A DNA stretch of 64,000 bases from Tubiluchus corallicola (Eukaryota; Animalia; Priapulida). Under the pieces are notes generated by a model. The model was not told where the DNA came from, searched no databases, and worked only from the letters and a program-made list of their open reading frames with translations. The stretch spans positions 48,914 through 112,913 of the forward strand of contig JAQGDQ010000685.1 of NCBI GenBank assembly GCA_030141605.1, given 5' to 3'. Positions 50,601 to 63,182 of the stretch are shown here, piece after piece. Every line of letters begins with the position of its first letter. Position 1 is the first letter of the stretch. The position numbers were made by a program, and so were the translations under genes.

Positions 50601-53600
50601 ATTTTACACCCATGCAGGCACCAAGGTCTTAGAAACTAGCCATGTTTTCCACCCTTGCAAGCACCAGGGTCTTAGAAACTAGCCATGTTTTCCACCCTTG
50701 CAGGCACCAGGGTCTTAGAAACTAGCCATGTTTTCCACCCTTGCAGGCACCAGGGTCTTAGAAACTAGCCATGTTTTCCACCCATGCAAGCACCAGGGTC
50801 TTAGAAACTAGCCATGTTTTCCACCCTTGCAGGCACCAGGATCTTAGAAACTAGCCATGTTTTCCACCCTTGCAGGCACCAGGGTCTCAGAAACTAACCA
50901 TGTTTTCCACCCTTGCAGGCACCAAAGTCTTAGAAATTAGCCATGTTTTACACCCATGCAGGCACCAGGGTCTTAGAAACTAGCCCTGTTTTCCACCAAT
51001 GCAAGCACTAGGGTCTTAGAAACTAGCCATGTTTTCCACCCATGCAGGCACTTTTGTCTTAGAAACCAGTCATGTTTTCCACCCATGCAGGCACCAAGGT
51101 CTTAGAAACTAACCATGTTTTCTACCCATGCAAGCACCAAGGTCTTAGAAACTAGCCATGTTTTCCACCCATGCAAGCACCAGGGTCTTAGAAACTAACC
51201 ATGTTTTCCACCCATGCAGGCACCAGGGTCTTAGAAACTAGCCATGTTTTCCACCCATGCAAGCACCAGGGTCTTAGAAACTAGTCATGTTTTCCACCCA
51301 TGAAAGCACCAGGGTCTTAGAAACTAGCCATGTTTTCCACCCATGCAAGTACTAGGGTCTTAGAAACTAACCATGTTTTCCACCCATGCAGGCACCAGGG
51401 TCTTAGAAACTAGCCATGTTTTCCACCCATGCAAGTACTAGGGTCTTAGAAACTAACCATGTTTTCCACCCATGCAGGCACCAGGGTCTTAGAAACTAGC
51501 CATGTTTTCCACCCATGTAGGCACCAGGGTCTTAGAAACTAGTCATGTTTTCCACCCATGCAAGCACCAAGGTCTTAGAAACATGCCATGTTTTCCACCC
51601 TTGCAAGCACCAGGGTCTTAGAAACTAACCATGTTTTCCACCCATGCAGGCACCAGGGTCTTAGAAACTAGCCATGTTTTCCACCCATGCAAGCACCAGG
51701 GTCTTAGAAACTAGCCATGTTTTCCACCCATGCAAGCACCAGGGTCTTAGAAACTAGCCATGTTTTCCACCCATGCAAGTACTAGGGTCTTAGAAACTAA
51801 CCATGTTTTCCACCCATGCAGGCACCAGGGTCTTAGAAACTAGCCATGTTTTCCACCCATGCAGGCACCAGGGTCTTAGAAACTAGCCATGTTTTCCACC
51901 CATGTAGGCACCGGGGTCTTGTGCAGAAACTACAGGAATACATGTCAGAAGATTTTTGAAGAATTCTTAGAAGTTATTCAGTCACACATTCACTCACTCT
52001 ATCTGTCACTTTTTCAACTTTTCAACTCTAAATGAGCTACTCCAGAAGCTCCTAAATGAAGTTACTCCAAAAGTGTTCATCCAAGTGAAATTGATTGGGT
52101 AGTGTGTCCTTGGTCCCAGGCAACAGATTTGTCACAATTAGCTAATTAATTAGACATGTTTAATTAATTAATATTATTTGATCCATTTCCAAATATATTT
52201 AACCGAGTTGAATTTTTTTGTGATGATTAGCTAAGACGTCCTTGATTCAAGATCCAAAATTTGTAGCAGTTTGTAAATTAGTTGATTAATTACAGCTGTT
52301 GAATTAATTTTCAATTGATTTGCACAGCATCAAACCTCATTCGTTTGATAGCCCTCTGTCAGTTCTGTTGCATTTTAGTCCACATTTATCCTTGCAAACC
52401 TTGATGCTCGTGTAGTAAACCTTTAGATTTTCTCATTGTATTTTGTAGAATTTTGCTAAGAATATATTTGGTATCTTGGCATCTATTAAAGCCAGAGAGG
52501 AAGGGGTTAAACAACCCGATGCACAAGCCAAGGCTCCAGTTGTTAACAACAATGAAGTAAAAGTAAGTCGATTTTTTTTTGTAGCTTTCTAGTTTTTTAA
52601 GCCTGTGTCCATTAGAAATTGGGCTCCACATTGTTTGTGTTCTATCATAAATGTAACTCATACGCTAAGTCCTCGCTTAACGACGCTACTGCGTTCCAGC
52701 AAAACACGGCGTTAAGCGTAACGTCGTTAAACAAAGGCTTCCATAGAAAGTAATGTAAAATGTACTAATGTAAAATCAATGGAAAGTAATGCAAAATGAG
52801 GTACGTTCCAGAATAAAAAATCAGCGTTACTTAAATCATGTAAATTAAACGTTTCATGAATTTTATTGAATGTTTCTAATGATTTATCTCTTGTTAACAT
52901 TTAAGTTTAGGCCAGGGTTGTGCAAATTGTGGCCCGCGGGCCACTTGCGGCCCGCCGAGAGAATTTGTGCGGCCCGCGCAGAGATTTGTCAACCTAATGA
53001 AAGTGCGGCCCGGGCGATTAATTGAGTGTATCCAGCTGAAGTCCGTGCCACGATCCCAAAGATAGTGCGGATAGTTTTTTCTACTAGATCGGATGCCATT
53101 AACCCTTACAAGACGGTTGTAGCTTAATAACACTGTACTACACAGACTGTGTGATACACATTACTAATATGCATTGTAATGAAATTACCACTATCTGTCC
53201 TGAAAGTAGAAATATATGGTTTGTAATATAGATTTTAATAACTTCTAAAATAGTTTCTTGAGTGTAGTAGTAATGATGTACGCAGGTCGGATGCAAAAAA
53301 AATCGTTATTAGGCCTTTCTGTACTTGGCTCCTTGATCAAACTGCCTGTGGGCCACAGGAATTGCGGGAAAGTTTAATGTGGCCCGGCTAGTCAGATAAT
53401 TTGCACACCCCTGGTTTAGGCAGTGGATAAACAATAATCACTGTAGCAGAGCCAATGCCAAGCACGGGGCGACCTCGGCAATTTTATCTAGTCTAGTTAC
53501 TATAGCAACAGGTTGCAGGCAAAATTTCTTACTCCCATGTCTCGCTTGATACAAACGTGTAGCATTTAGTGGTCAGTTGGAAAGCAGAAACATATACTTA

Positions 53601-56600
53601 TGTAGCATTTAGTGGTCAGTTGGAAAGCGGAAACGTCTACTTATGTAGCATTTAGTGGTCAGTTGGAAAGCAGAAACATATACTTATGTAGCATTTAGTG
53701 GTCAGTTGGAAAGCAGAAACGTATACTTATGTAGCATTTAGTGGTCAGTTGGAAAGCAGAAACGTCTACTTATGTAGCATTTAGTGGTCAGTTGGAAAGC
53801 AGAAACGTATACTTATGTAGCATTTAGTGGTCAGTTGGAAAGCAGAAACGTATACTTATGTAGCATTTAGTGGTCAGTTGGAAAGCAGAAACGTATACTT
53901 ATGTAGCATTTAGTGGTCAGTTGGAAAGCAGAAACGTATACTTATGTAGCATTTAGTGGTCAGTTGGAAAGCAGAAATGCACTCTTATGTAGCAGTTAGT
54001 GGTCAGTTGGAAAGCAGAAACATATACTTATGTAGCATTTAGTGGTCAGTTGGAAAGCAGAAACGTGTACTTATGTACCATTTAGTGGTCAGTTGGAAAG
54101 CAGAAACGTATACTTATGTAGCATTTAGTGCTCAGTTGGAAAGCAAAAACGTATACTTATGTAGCATTTAGTGCTCAGTTGGAAAGCAGAAACGTATACT
54201 TATGTAGCATTTAGTGGTCAGTTGGAAAGCAGAAACATATACTTATGTAGCATTTAGTGGTCAGTTGGAAAGCAGAAACGTATACTTATGTAGCATTTAG
54301 TGGTCAGTTGGAAAGCAGAAACGTATACTTATGTAGCATTTAGTGGTCAGTTGGAAAGCAGAAACGCACACTTATGTAGCATTTAGTGGTCAGTTGGAAA
54401 GCAGAAACGTCTACTTATGTAGCATTTAGTGGTCAGTTGGAAAGCAGAAACGTATACTTATGTAGCATTTAGTGGTCAGTTGGAAAGCAGAAACATATAC
54501 TTATGTAGCATTTAGTGGTCAGTTGGAAAGCAGAAACGCACACTTATGTACCATTTAGTGGTCAGTTGGAAAGCAGAAACGTCTACTTATGTAGCATTTA
54601 GTGGTCAGTTGGAAAGCGGAAACGTATACTTATGTAGCATTTAGTGCTCAGTTGGAAAGCGGAAACGTCTACTTATGTAGCATTTAGTGGTCAGTTGGAA
54701 AGCAGAAACATATACTTATGTAGCATTTAGTGGTCAGTTGGAAAGCAGAAACGTATACTTATGTAGCATTTAGTGGTCAGTTGGAAAGCAGAAACGTATA
54801 CTTATGTAGCATTTAGTGGTCAGTTGGAAAGCAGAAACGCACACTTATGTAGCATTTAGTGGTCAGTTGGAAAGCAGAAACGTATACTTATGTAGCATTT
54901 AGTGGTCAGTTGGAAAGCAGAAACGTATACTTATGTAGCATTTAGTGGTCAGTTGGAAAGCAGAAACGTATACTTATGTAGCATTTAGTGGTCAGTTGGA
55001 AAGCAGAAACGTATACTTATGTAGCATTTAGTGGTCAGTTGGAAAGCAGAAACGTATACTTATGTAGCATTTAGTGGTCAGTTGGAAAGCAGAAACGTAT
55101 ACTTATGTAGCATTTAGTGGTCAGTTGGAAAGCAGAAACGTATACTTATGTAGCATTTAGTGGTCAGTTGGAAAGCAGAAACGTATACTTATGTAGCATT
55201 TAGTGGTCAGTTGGAAAGCAGAAACGTCTACTTATGTAGCATTTAGTGGTCAGTTGGAAAGCAGAAACGTATACTTATGTAGCATTTAGTGGTCAGTTGG
55301 AAAGCAGAAACGTATACTTATGTAGCATTTAGTGGTCAGTTGGAAAGCAGAAACGTATACTTATGTAGCATTTAGTGGTCAGTTGGAAAGCAGAAACGTA
55401 TACTTATGTAGCATTTAGTGGTCAGTTGGAAAGCAGAAACGTATACTTATGTAGCATTTAGTGGTCAGTTGGAAAGCAGAAACGTCTACTTATGTAGCAT
55501 TTAGTGGTCAGTTGGAAAGCAGAAACGTATACTTATGTAGCATTTAGTGGTCAGTTGGAAAGCAGAAACGTATACTTATGTAGCATTTAGTGGTCAGTTG
55601 GAAAGCAGAAACGTATACTTATGTAGCATTTAGTGGTCAGTTGGAAAGCAGAAACGTATACTTATGTAGCATTTAGTGGTCAGTTGGAAAGCAGAAACGT
55701 ATACTTATGTAGCATTTAGTGGTCAGTTGGAAAGCAGAAACGTATACTTATGTAGCATTTAGTGGTCAGTTGGAAAGCAGAAACGTATACTTATGTAGCA
55801 TTTAGTGGTCAGTTGGAAAGCAGAAACGTATACTTATGTAGCATTTAGTGGTCAGTTGGAAAGCAGAAACGTATACTTATGTAGCATTTAGTGGTCAGTT
55901 GGAAAGCAGAAACGTATACTTATGTAGCATTTAGTGGTCAGTTGGAAAGCAGAAACGTATACTTATGTAGCATTTAGTGGTCAGTTGGAAAGCAGAAACG
56001 TATACTTATGTAGCATTTAGTGGTCAGTTGGAAAGCAGAAACGTATACTTATGTAGCATTTAGTGGTCAGTTGGAAAGCAGAAACGTATACTTATGTAGC
56101 ATTTAGTGGTCAGTTGGAAAGCAGAAACGTATACTTATGTAGCATTTAGTGGTCAGTTGGAAAGCGAAACGTACTTATGTAGCATTTAGTGGTCAGTTGG
56201 AAAGCAGAAACGTATACTTATGTAGCATTTAGTGGTCAGTTGGAAAGCAGAAACGTATACTTATGTAGCATTTAGTGGTCAGTTGGAAAGCAAAAACGTA
56301 TACTTATGTAGCATTTAGTGGTCAGTTGGAAAGCAGAAACGTATACTTATGTAGCATTTAGTGGTCAGTTGGAAAGCAGAAACGTATACTTATGTAGTAA
56401 TTGCACCGTTTACATTACTAGTGCATATTCAGAACACACTTATGTAGTAATTGCACTGTTTACATTACTAGTGCATATTTAGAACAGAATAATGCAATAT
56501 GTACTGGTGTAATTCTTCAAATTAGGTATAAATGTTGTTGATAAAATAAAAATTGGCTTTGAGCCAAGTAAAAAAAAAATCGTCGTTAAGCAGAAAAGGA

Positions 56601-59600
56601 TGTTAAACGATCGGCAGCGCTAAAACGAAATGTCGCTAAACGGAGGACTTACTGTATCAGCTTTTGTGTATTTTGTCAACTTACTTAGATTAATTTACTT
56701 ATCGTTACACACAATAATATAAACACGTGCAATTGTAAATACTTAATACTTGCTGTTTTGTTTCTAGCAAACAACAAAACCTCAACAGCCTGTAGTATAT
56801 AACAGATACGAACAAGAACAGCTAACGAAATCAAAAGAAGGTACAATTTTCTTTATAGTATAATATGTACAAAAAAGCTTATCGTTTTCTCATTTTTACA
56901 CCTGCCTAACATTTAATTGCTCGGCATCCTTCTGTCTCGGAAGACAATGGAGTGTGCGCCAAGAGAGTCAGTTATTGATCACATTGATGGAGCTGCAGCG
57001 TCGACTGTGGCTGAGCAGTGCGATCCTTGAACGTCTCCAGGGCACACGCCTGGGCAAGGTGTATGGAGATCCTGAGTTGCCCGGACATCAGGAATCCCTT
57101 CTCTTCCTCCCTGGTGTAGTCCAAAGGAAAGCGGAGCGATACGTTTGGCACCAGGTTGGCTGCAGGAGTTGCCGGAGTCAGTGAGCATGCTGTACTGGTC
57201 AGCCTTCGGGGCTCCACTCCTGATTTGGAAGGTTTACTCCTCTACACATGGCCGTTGGGTTCCTTGACCTCCTCCGCCCTCTAGCCATTGGCTGCTTGTG
57301 CAGCTCCTCCGCCCTCTAGCCGTTGGCTGCTTGTGCAGCTCCTCCACCTAGTGTCGAGATACAGTGTGGGCAACATTTAATAAAGGCATAATAATCTTGG
57401 GGTCAATTAAACATTTGTTAATTGAGTATGAAATACAGGAAGCATAAAAAGCTTTACAGGAAATGACTTCCTTCGAACAAAAATGTTTTGTTAGTGAGTA
57501 ATGAAAGCAAGAAACATTTTTCTTTGTAGCTATGTCAATGGTAAATAGACTGGCAAATAACCGTTTTTATTTTTCGTCCTGCAGAAACGGAAGGATTTAA
57601 AATCGACACCATCGGTTCTTACCACGGCATGACATTGAAGTCGGTGACAGAGGGCGCTTCGGCTCGGAAAGCTTTGCCCGAACCACAACAACCACAGACG
57701 CAGCAGCCGAAACCGATATCACAGGCAAGACCACCAACTTCTAGTAAAAGAGGTAACATTTTCACTCTCTCCTGTGAAAGTTCAATGAAGTCTGTTCATG
57801 TAGCTGATCTGTTTTTTTAAGTGAAACAGTGCAGGGATGAGAATTTTCCGCGCAAATTCCGAGTTTTGACTAGTTGGCAGGCCGTCACTTTATTTACATC
57901 ACGTGCATCAGTGTAACCACGTGTTTATCTCTATGTATAAAAACATAGAATCAATTGTGCAGAGTTATTTGAGTCAATTGCAGACAGTTTTTATATAATT
58001 TTGCATAGGAGCGGCCAGTACTTAGGCGTTTTTGAGACAATTAGGTATCATGTATCCTTGATAGTTGGGTATTTTAAATTATGCATGAAACAAGGTAATT
58101 GATATTTTAAGTCCACTTAGAGGCTCTCTATGGCCACAAAATTGTAGGCTGCTTAAGTGGGGGCTTAAGTGGCCCCAAAACTCCCAGCCTGTTTCAGAGT
58201 TTTTTGCAATTTGTCATTCTCATCCCTGACAGTGTGAGAGTATGGTTTTATTTTTCAGGTTCTCGCACACCGATTATCATCATTCCAGCAGCAACTACGT
58301 CAATTATAACCATGTACAATGTGAAGGACATGCTACAAGATACGAGGTTGGTAAAATATTTCATATCTACATTTACATACATCGTTTGGAAACATTAGTT
58401 TTACCCAAGAAAGTTTTCCACAAATGCGTTTCTTGTAGGTTCATAAGTACAGACGATAAGAAGAAACAAGGAGCTAAGAGAGATAACGAAGTTTTGATAC
58501 AGCGTCGAAAAGAGGGTGGACATACGGTGCCATACAGAGTCATTGATAATCCACTTAAATTAGCACAGGAAGACTGGTATGACTGTTACTCAATTTCCTG
58601 AATGAATCATGATTTTTTTGCCTCAAATGTCATTGATAATCCACTTAAATTAGCACCGGAAGACTGGTATGACTGTTACTCAATTTCCTGAATGAATCAT
58701 GATTTTTTTGCCTCAAATGTCATTGATAATCCACTTAAATTAGCACCGGAAGACTGGTATGACTGTTACTCAATTTCCTGAATGAATCGTGATTTTTTTG
58801 CCTCAAATGTCATTGATAATCCACTTAAATTAGCACCGGAAGACTGGTATGACTGTTACTCAATTTCCTGAATGAATCATGATTTTTTCGCCTCAAATGT
58901 CATTGATAATCCACTTAAATTAGCACCGGAAGACTGGTATGACTGTTACTCAATTTCCTGAATGAATCGTGATTTTTTTGCCTCAAATGTCATTGATAAT
59001 CCACTTAAATTAGCACCGGAAGACTGGTATGACTGTTACTCCGTTTCCTGAATGAATCGTGATTTTTTTGCCTCAAATGTCATTGATAATCCACTTAAAT
59101 TAGCACCGGAAGACTGGTATGACTGTTACTCCGTTTCCTGAATGTACAGTGCCATACAGAGTCATTGATAATCCACTTAAATTAGCACCGGAAGACTGGT
59201 ATGACTGTTACTCCGTTTCCTGAATGAATCATGATTTTTTTGCCTCAAATGTCATTGATAATCCACTTAAATTAGCACCGGAAGACTGGTATGACTGTTA
59301 CTCAATTTCCTGAATGAATCATGATTTTTTTGCCTCAAATGTCATTGATAATCCACTTAAATTAGCACCGGAAGACTGGTATGACTGTTACTCAATTTCC
59401 TGAATGAATCGTGATTTTTTTGCCTCAAATGTCATTGATAATCCACTTAAATTAGCACCGGAAGACTGGTATGACTGTTACTGTATTTCCTGAATGTTCA
59501 GTGCCATACAGAGTCATTGATAATCCACTTAAATTAGCACCGGAAGACTGGTATGACTGTTACTCTATTTCCTGAATGTGCAGTGCCATTCAGAGTCATT

Positions 59601-61929
59601 CATAATCCACTTAAATTAGCACCGGAAGACTGGTATGACTGTTACTCCATTTCCTGAATGTTCAGTGCCATACAGAGTCATTGATAATCCACTTAAATTA
59701 GCACCGGAAGACTGGTATGACTGTTACTCCATTTCCTGAATGTACAGTGCCATACAGAGTCATTCATAATCCACTTAAATTAGCACCAGAAGACTGGTAT
59801 GACTGTTACTCTATTTCCTGAATGTTCAGTGCCATACAGAGTCATTCATAATCCACTTAAATTAGCACCGGAAGACTGGTATGACTGTTACTCCATTTCC
59901 TGAATGTACAGTGCCATACAGAGTCATTCATAATCCACTTAAATTAGCACCAGAAGACTGGTATGACTGTTACTCTATTTCCTGAATGTTCAGTGCCATA
60001 CAGAGTCATTGATAATCCACTTAAATTAGCACCGGAAGACTGGTATGACTGTTACTCTATTTCCTGAATGTTCAGTGCCATACAGAGTCATTCATAATCC
60101 ACTTAAATTAGCACCGGAAGACTGGTATGACTGTTACTCTATTTCCTGAATGTACAGTGCCATACAGAGTCATTGATAATCCACTTAAATTAGCACCGGA
60201 AGACTGGTATGACTGTTACTCTATTTCCTGAATGTTCAGTGCCATACAGAGTCATTGATAATCCACTTAAATTAGCACCGGAAGACTGGTATGACTGTTA
60301 CTCTATTTCCTGAATGTGCAGTGCCATACAGAGTCATTCATAATCCACTTAAATTAGCACCGGAAGACTGGTATGACTGTTACTCTATTTCCTGAATGTT
60401 CAGTGCCATACAGAGTCATTGATAATCCACTTAAATTAGCACCGGAAGACTGGTATGACTGTTACTCTATTTCCTGAATGTACAGTGCCATACAGAGTCA
60501 TTGATAATCCACTTAAATTAGCACCGGAAGACTGGTATGACTGTTACTCTATTTCCTGAATGTACAGTGCCATACAGAGTCATTCATAATCCACTTAAAT
60601 TAGCACCAGAAGACTGGTATGACTGTTGCTCAATTTCCTGAATGAATCGTGATTTTTTTGCCTCAAATGTATCCTTTTGCCCAAAAATAAATTTTCCTTT
60701 ATCAAAGTTTAATAGCTTCATAGATTTGAAAGAAAGCGGGCTGATGTTTTTAACATAAGAAAATAGTCAGAATTTTTTCAACAACACTGCAGGACCCAGA
60801 TTTTTCAAATTAGCACTTTTTACTGACTTTATACGAAACTCATGCAGGCTGAATCCACATGCCAGCCCCATTGTTCGCTGTTGCTCGAAAATATGTAACG
60901 ATGATCTCGGCTAGTTAACTTTGAAACAGGCTAACCCCGTTGTGGTCAGCGGTCAAACAAATTAGCTGCACACGGTGTCAGGCAATCAGAATCAGGGATG
61001 AGAATTTTCCGCGGATACGCGGAATTCCGAGTATTTGGAAGACCAATAGTTTTTACGGACTATGTATAAAAACATAGAATCAATTGTGTGGAGTTATTTG
61101 AGTCAATTGCAGACAGTTTTTATATACTTTTGCATAGGAGCGGCCAGTACTTAGGCATTTTTGAGTCAATTAGGTATCATGTATCCTTGATAGTTGGGTA
61201 TTTTAAATTATGAAACGGGTAATTGATGTTTTAAGTTCACTTAGAGGCTCTCTATGGTCACAAAATTGCAATTTGTTGCTGGCTCCCCTTGAACTCCATT
61301 GGGGGCCTAGATGGCCCTAAAACCCCCGGCCTGTTTCAGAGTTTTTTACAATTGGTCATTCTCATCCCTGCAGAATATTCATTAGCATAGATTTGCGCTA
61401 ATAATTTTGCTCCGCGTTACTTAAAATGCTGAAAAACTGCCAAAACACGTTAAACCACCAAGTTGGTTTCCTTGATTATGAGTTTTGGATAGTGCTGCCA
61501 CCTTCAGGTGTTCTTGTTAAAATTGTTAAAGCTTTCTCTTTACTGTTTAAATTTTCATTGGCTTCTACAGTCTTTATGAATGCATAATCTCTAAACCTGT
61601 TTTCACACCTAAATGATTTCACCTGTAGTTTTGGTCACTTGGTTTTCTGCTTTTCAACAGGACACTACTTCACTGTTTATGTAGACACTTCAGAATAAAA
61701 TCTTAAAACCAGTTTTTTGGTTTCTTCAAACCAGCCACCTATAAGGGATTTCTAAGTTTTCATGAAATTATGCATCTGATTTTGTTACCAAATTGTTTTC
61801 AAATATTTCTATTATGTTTTTCCGCTTTGTTTAACAGGGATAGAGTCGTGGCCGTGTTTGTGCAGGGACCAGCCTGGCAATTCAAGGGATGGCCATGGAA
61901 CGGGAATCCAGTGGAGATTTTTGACCGAA
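44645..61929 (+). CDS. CDC73: Parafibromin (PAF1 complex subunit CDC73), coding exons 1-12
   Basis: Exons 44645-44775, 45604-45709, 46983-47103, 47710-47765, 48639-48730, 49740-49956, 52449-52562, 56768-56840, 57585-57752, 58259-58346, 58439-58576, 61838-61929. Peptides [83 protein letters not shown]. Confidence 0.96.
45763..46221. mobile_element. piggyBac-like MITE
   Basis: TTAA|CCCTTTCA...TGAAAGGG|TTAA. Confidence 0.8.
48903..49469. mobile_element. hAT-like MITE, 8-bp TSD ggtttaaa
   Basis: CAGTGGCGG...CCGCCACTG with a perfect TSD. Confidence 0.85.
50030..51920. repeat. 43-bp minisatellite, ~44 copies
   Basis: Unit agaaactagccatgttttccacccttgcaggcaccagggtctt. Confidence 0.97.
52913..53413. 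mobile_element. hAT MITE family D, copy 2 (inverted), 8-bp TSD gtttaggc
   Basis: TIRs plus a perfect TSD; reverse complement of 41767-42187. Confidence 0.9.
53558..56395. repeat. 43-bp satellite, ~66 copies
   Basis: Unit tgtagcatttagtggtcagttggaaagcagaaacgtatactta. Confidence 0.97.
56918..57371 (-). mobile_element. SINE-like RTE-related element, copy 2
   Basis: Reverse complement of 38515-38952; 10-bp TSD aacatttaat. Confidence 0.8.
57832..58228. mobile_element. hAT-like MITE family B, 6-bp TSD acagtg
   Basis: TIRs plus TSD. Confidence 0.9.
58539..60670 (+). repeat. Tandem array (~25 units of 90 and 82 bp) of the CDC73 exon-11 3' end plus donor
   Basis: Each unit contains GTCATTGATAATCCACTTAAATTAGCACCGGAAGACTG|gtatga. 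Confidence 0.96.
60993..61370. mobile_element. hAT-like MITE family B, 6-bp TSD cagaat
   Basis: TIRs plus TSD. Confidence 0.9.
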
Positions 61930-61969
61930 GTATGGACAGATAATAATTTTGTTGTTATATGAACGACCT

Positions 61970-63157
61970 CCTGTTCTCCACAGAAAACAGCGGAATTCAG
62001 GAAAATGGGCATCTGAAACAGAAATACCTATGAAAACCGGAATTAGCGCGATTTCCGACTTTTCTGTAAATTTAATGCATCTTTGACGCGGAATTTTCTT
62101 CCCTTGTTACTTGCAAAACTAAGCCGTTTTTTCAGCATTTCGCAACTTTAATAGAAGTACTTCCTCGAGTTTTATTTTTTATGCAACTTGCGTTCCTACT
62201 TTCCCTTTTTCGTATTTGCCACAAGAAATTTGGGAAATCCTTTAGTGCGAGGCTTGTAACGAATAGCAGTACATTTGTGGAAAGGTTTCCCATGTTGACA
62301 CAAACACGATATGACGATGTTATGCGTGTGACAGCTAGCTTCCTGATGATTTGTATTGCGGATGCGCCCAGTCCAGGCAAAGAAACGGCAAAAATCAGTA
62401 TTGAACTCTGCGATAGACCTGCATTTTATTAAAATAACAGATCACAAAAAGTGCTTAAGAATGTGCTAAAGGTTATTACTATTTAGACAAAATAAAAAGT
62501 TAGATTTAAGAAGACACAAATTATTACTTTATGATTCTAGACATTTGAAGCAATTCTAACCAATTTAAACTATTAACTAATTATTAAAGTAGATGGTGAC
62601 TTACATTTACTGGTGACAACTTTGACTTGAAAATACAATTAGGGACTGTTAAATTGTAACAAAATAGACAAAGCAATGCAAGTATCACCAAAATGGCATG
62701 ATCAGCATAGCGGCAACAGAAAATGTAACTACGTGTAAGAACAAGTGTGATTGATAGGTGGCGTATACTACTAAAGCTTAGGTCACATGACTAAGGCTGG
62801 CTTTGTTTTAAACACTTTCAGGAAATGCATGTTGGTAAAAATGCGAAAAGAAGACAAATAATTATAGAATGCTAGATTAAATTGCTTGACACCAACATGT
62901 ATGAATATGATAGGATATTGTTCTGTAACTTTTGTGCGCGAATTAAATGTTGGCGTTCTTATTTTATTTTAGCCAAATACAAATACCTGATAGAGTACAT
63001 ACTTAATTCATATAAAAAAATTATTGTTTTTTATTACCATCTATCGAACATCACATAATTTGAGGATTAGTATTAGTTACCGGGCCATGTAGCTTCTAAT
63101 TTCTGCGAAGCGGAATTGAAACAGAATTGATGATTCTTTGAAAATTACGAAGGCCCT
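61970..63157. mobile_element. Probable non-autonomous DNA transposon with one intact-looking end
   Basis: Right end ...gaaaattacgaaggccct and subterminal (g)cggaatt words at both ends; no matching agggccttcgtaat at the left end. Confidence 0.45.
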
Positions 63158-63182
63158 TCTTCGCAAACTCATCCATACTTAC

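Larger units (their letters stand above)
52665..56654. mobile_element. Tc1/pogo-like element family E expanded by a nested hAT MITE and an internal satellite
   Basis: taagtcctcgcttaacgacg... and ...cggaggacttactg|ta termini; internal homology to 25326-26423. Confidence 0.7.

Noticed and set aside
50030-60670. CRISPR-like appearance of regular arrays
   Set aside because: Units are contiguous with no unique spacers, there are no cas genes, and the context is eukaryotic introns.
62959-62986. Minus-strand candidate CDC73 terminal exon (K)YLYLAKIK*
   Set aside because: Phase fits, but it poorly matches the conserved YM.K.K.HLRF-type end and lies inside a transposon-like segment.
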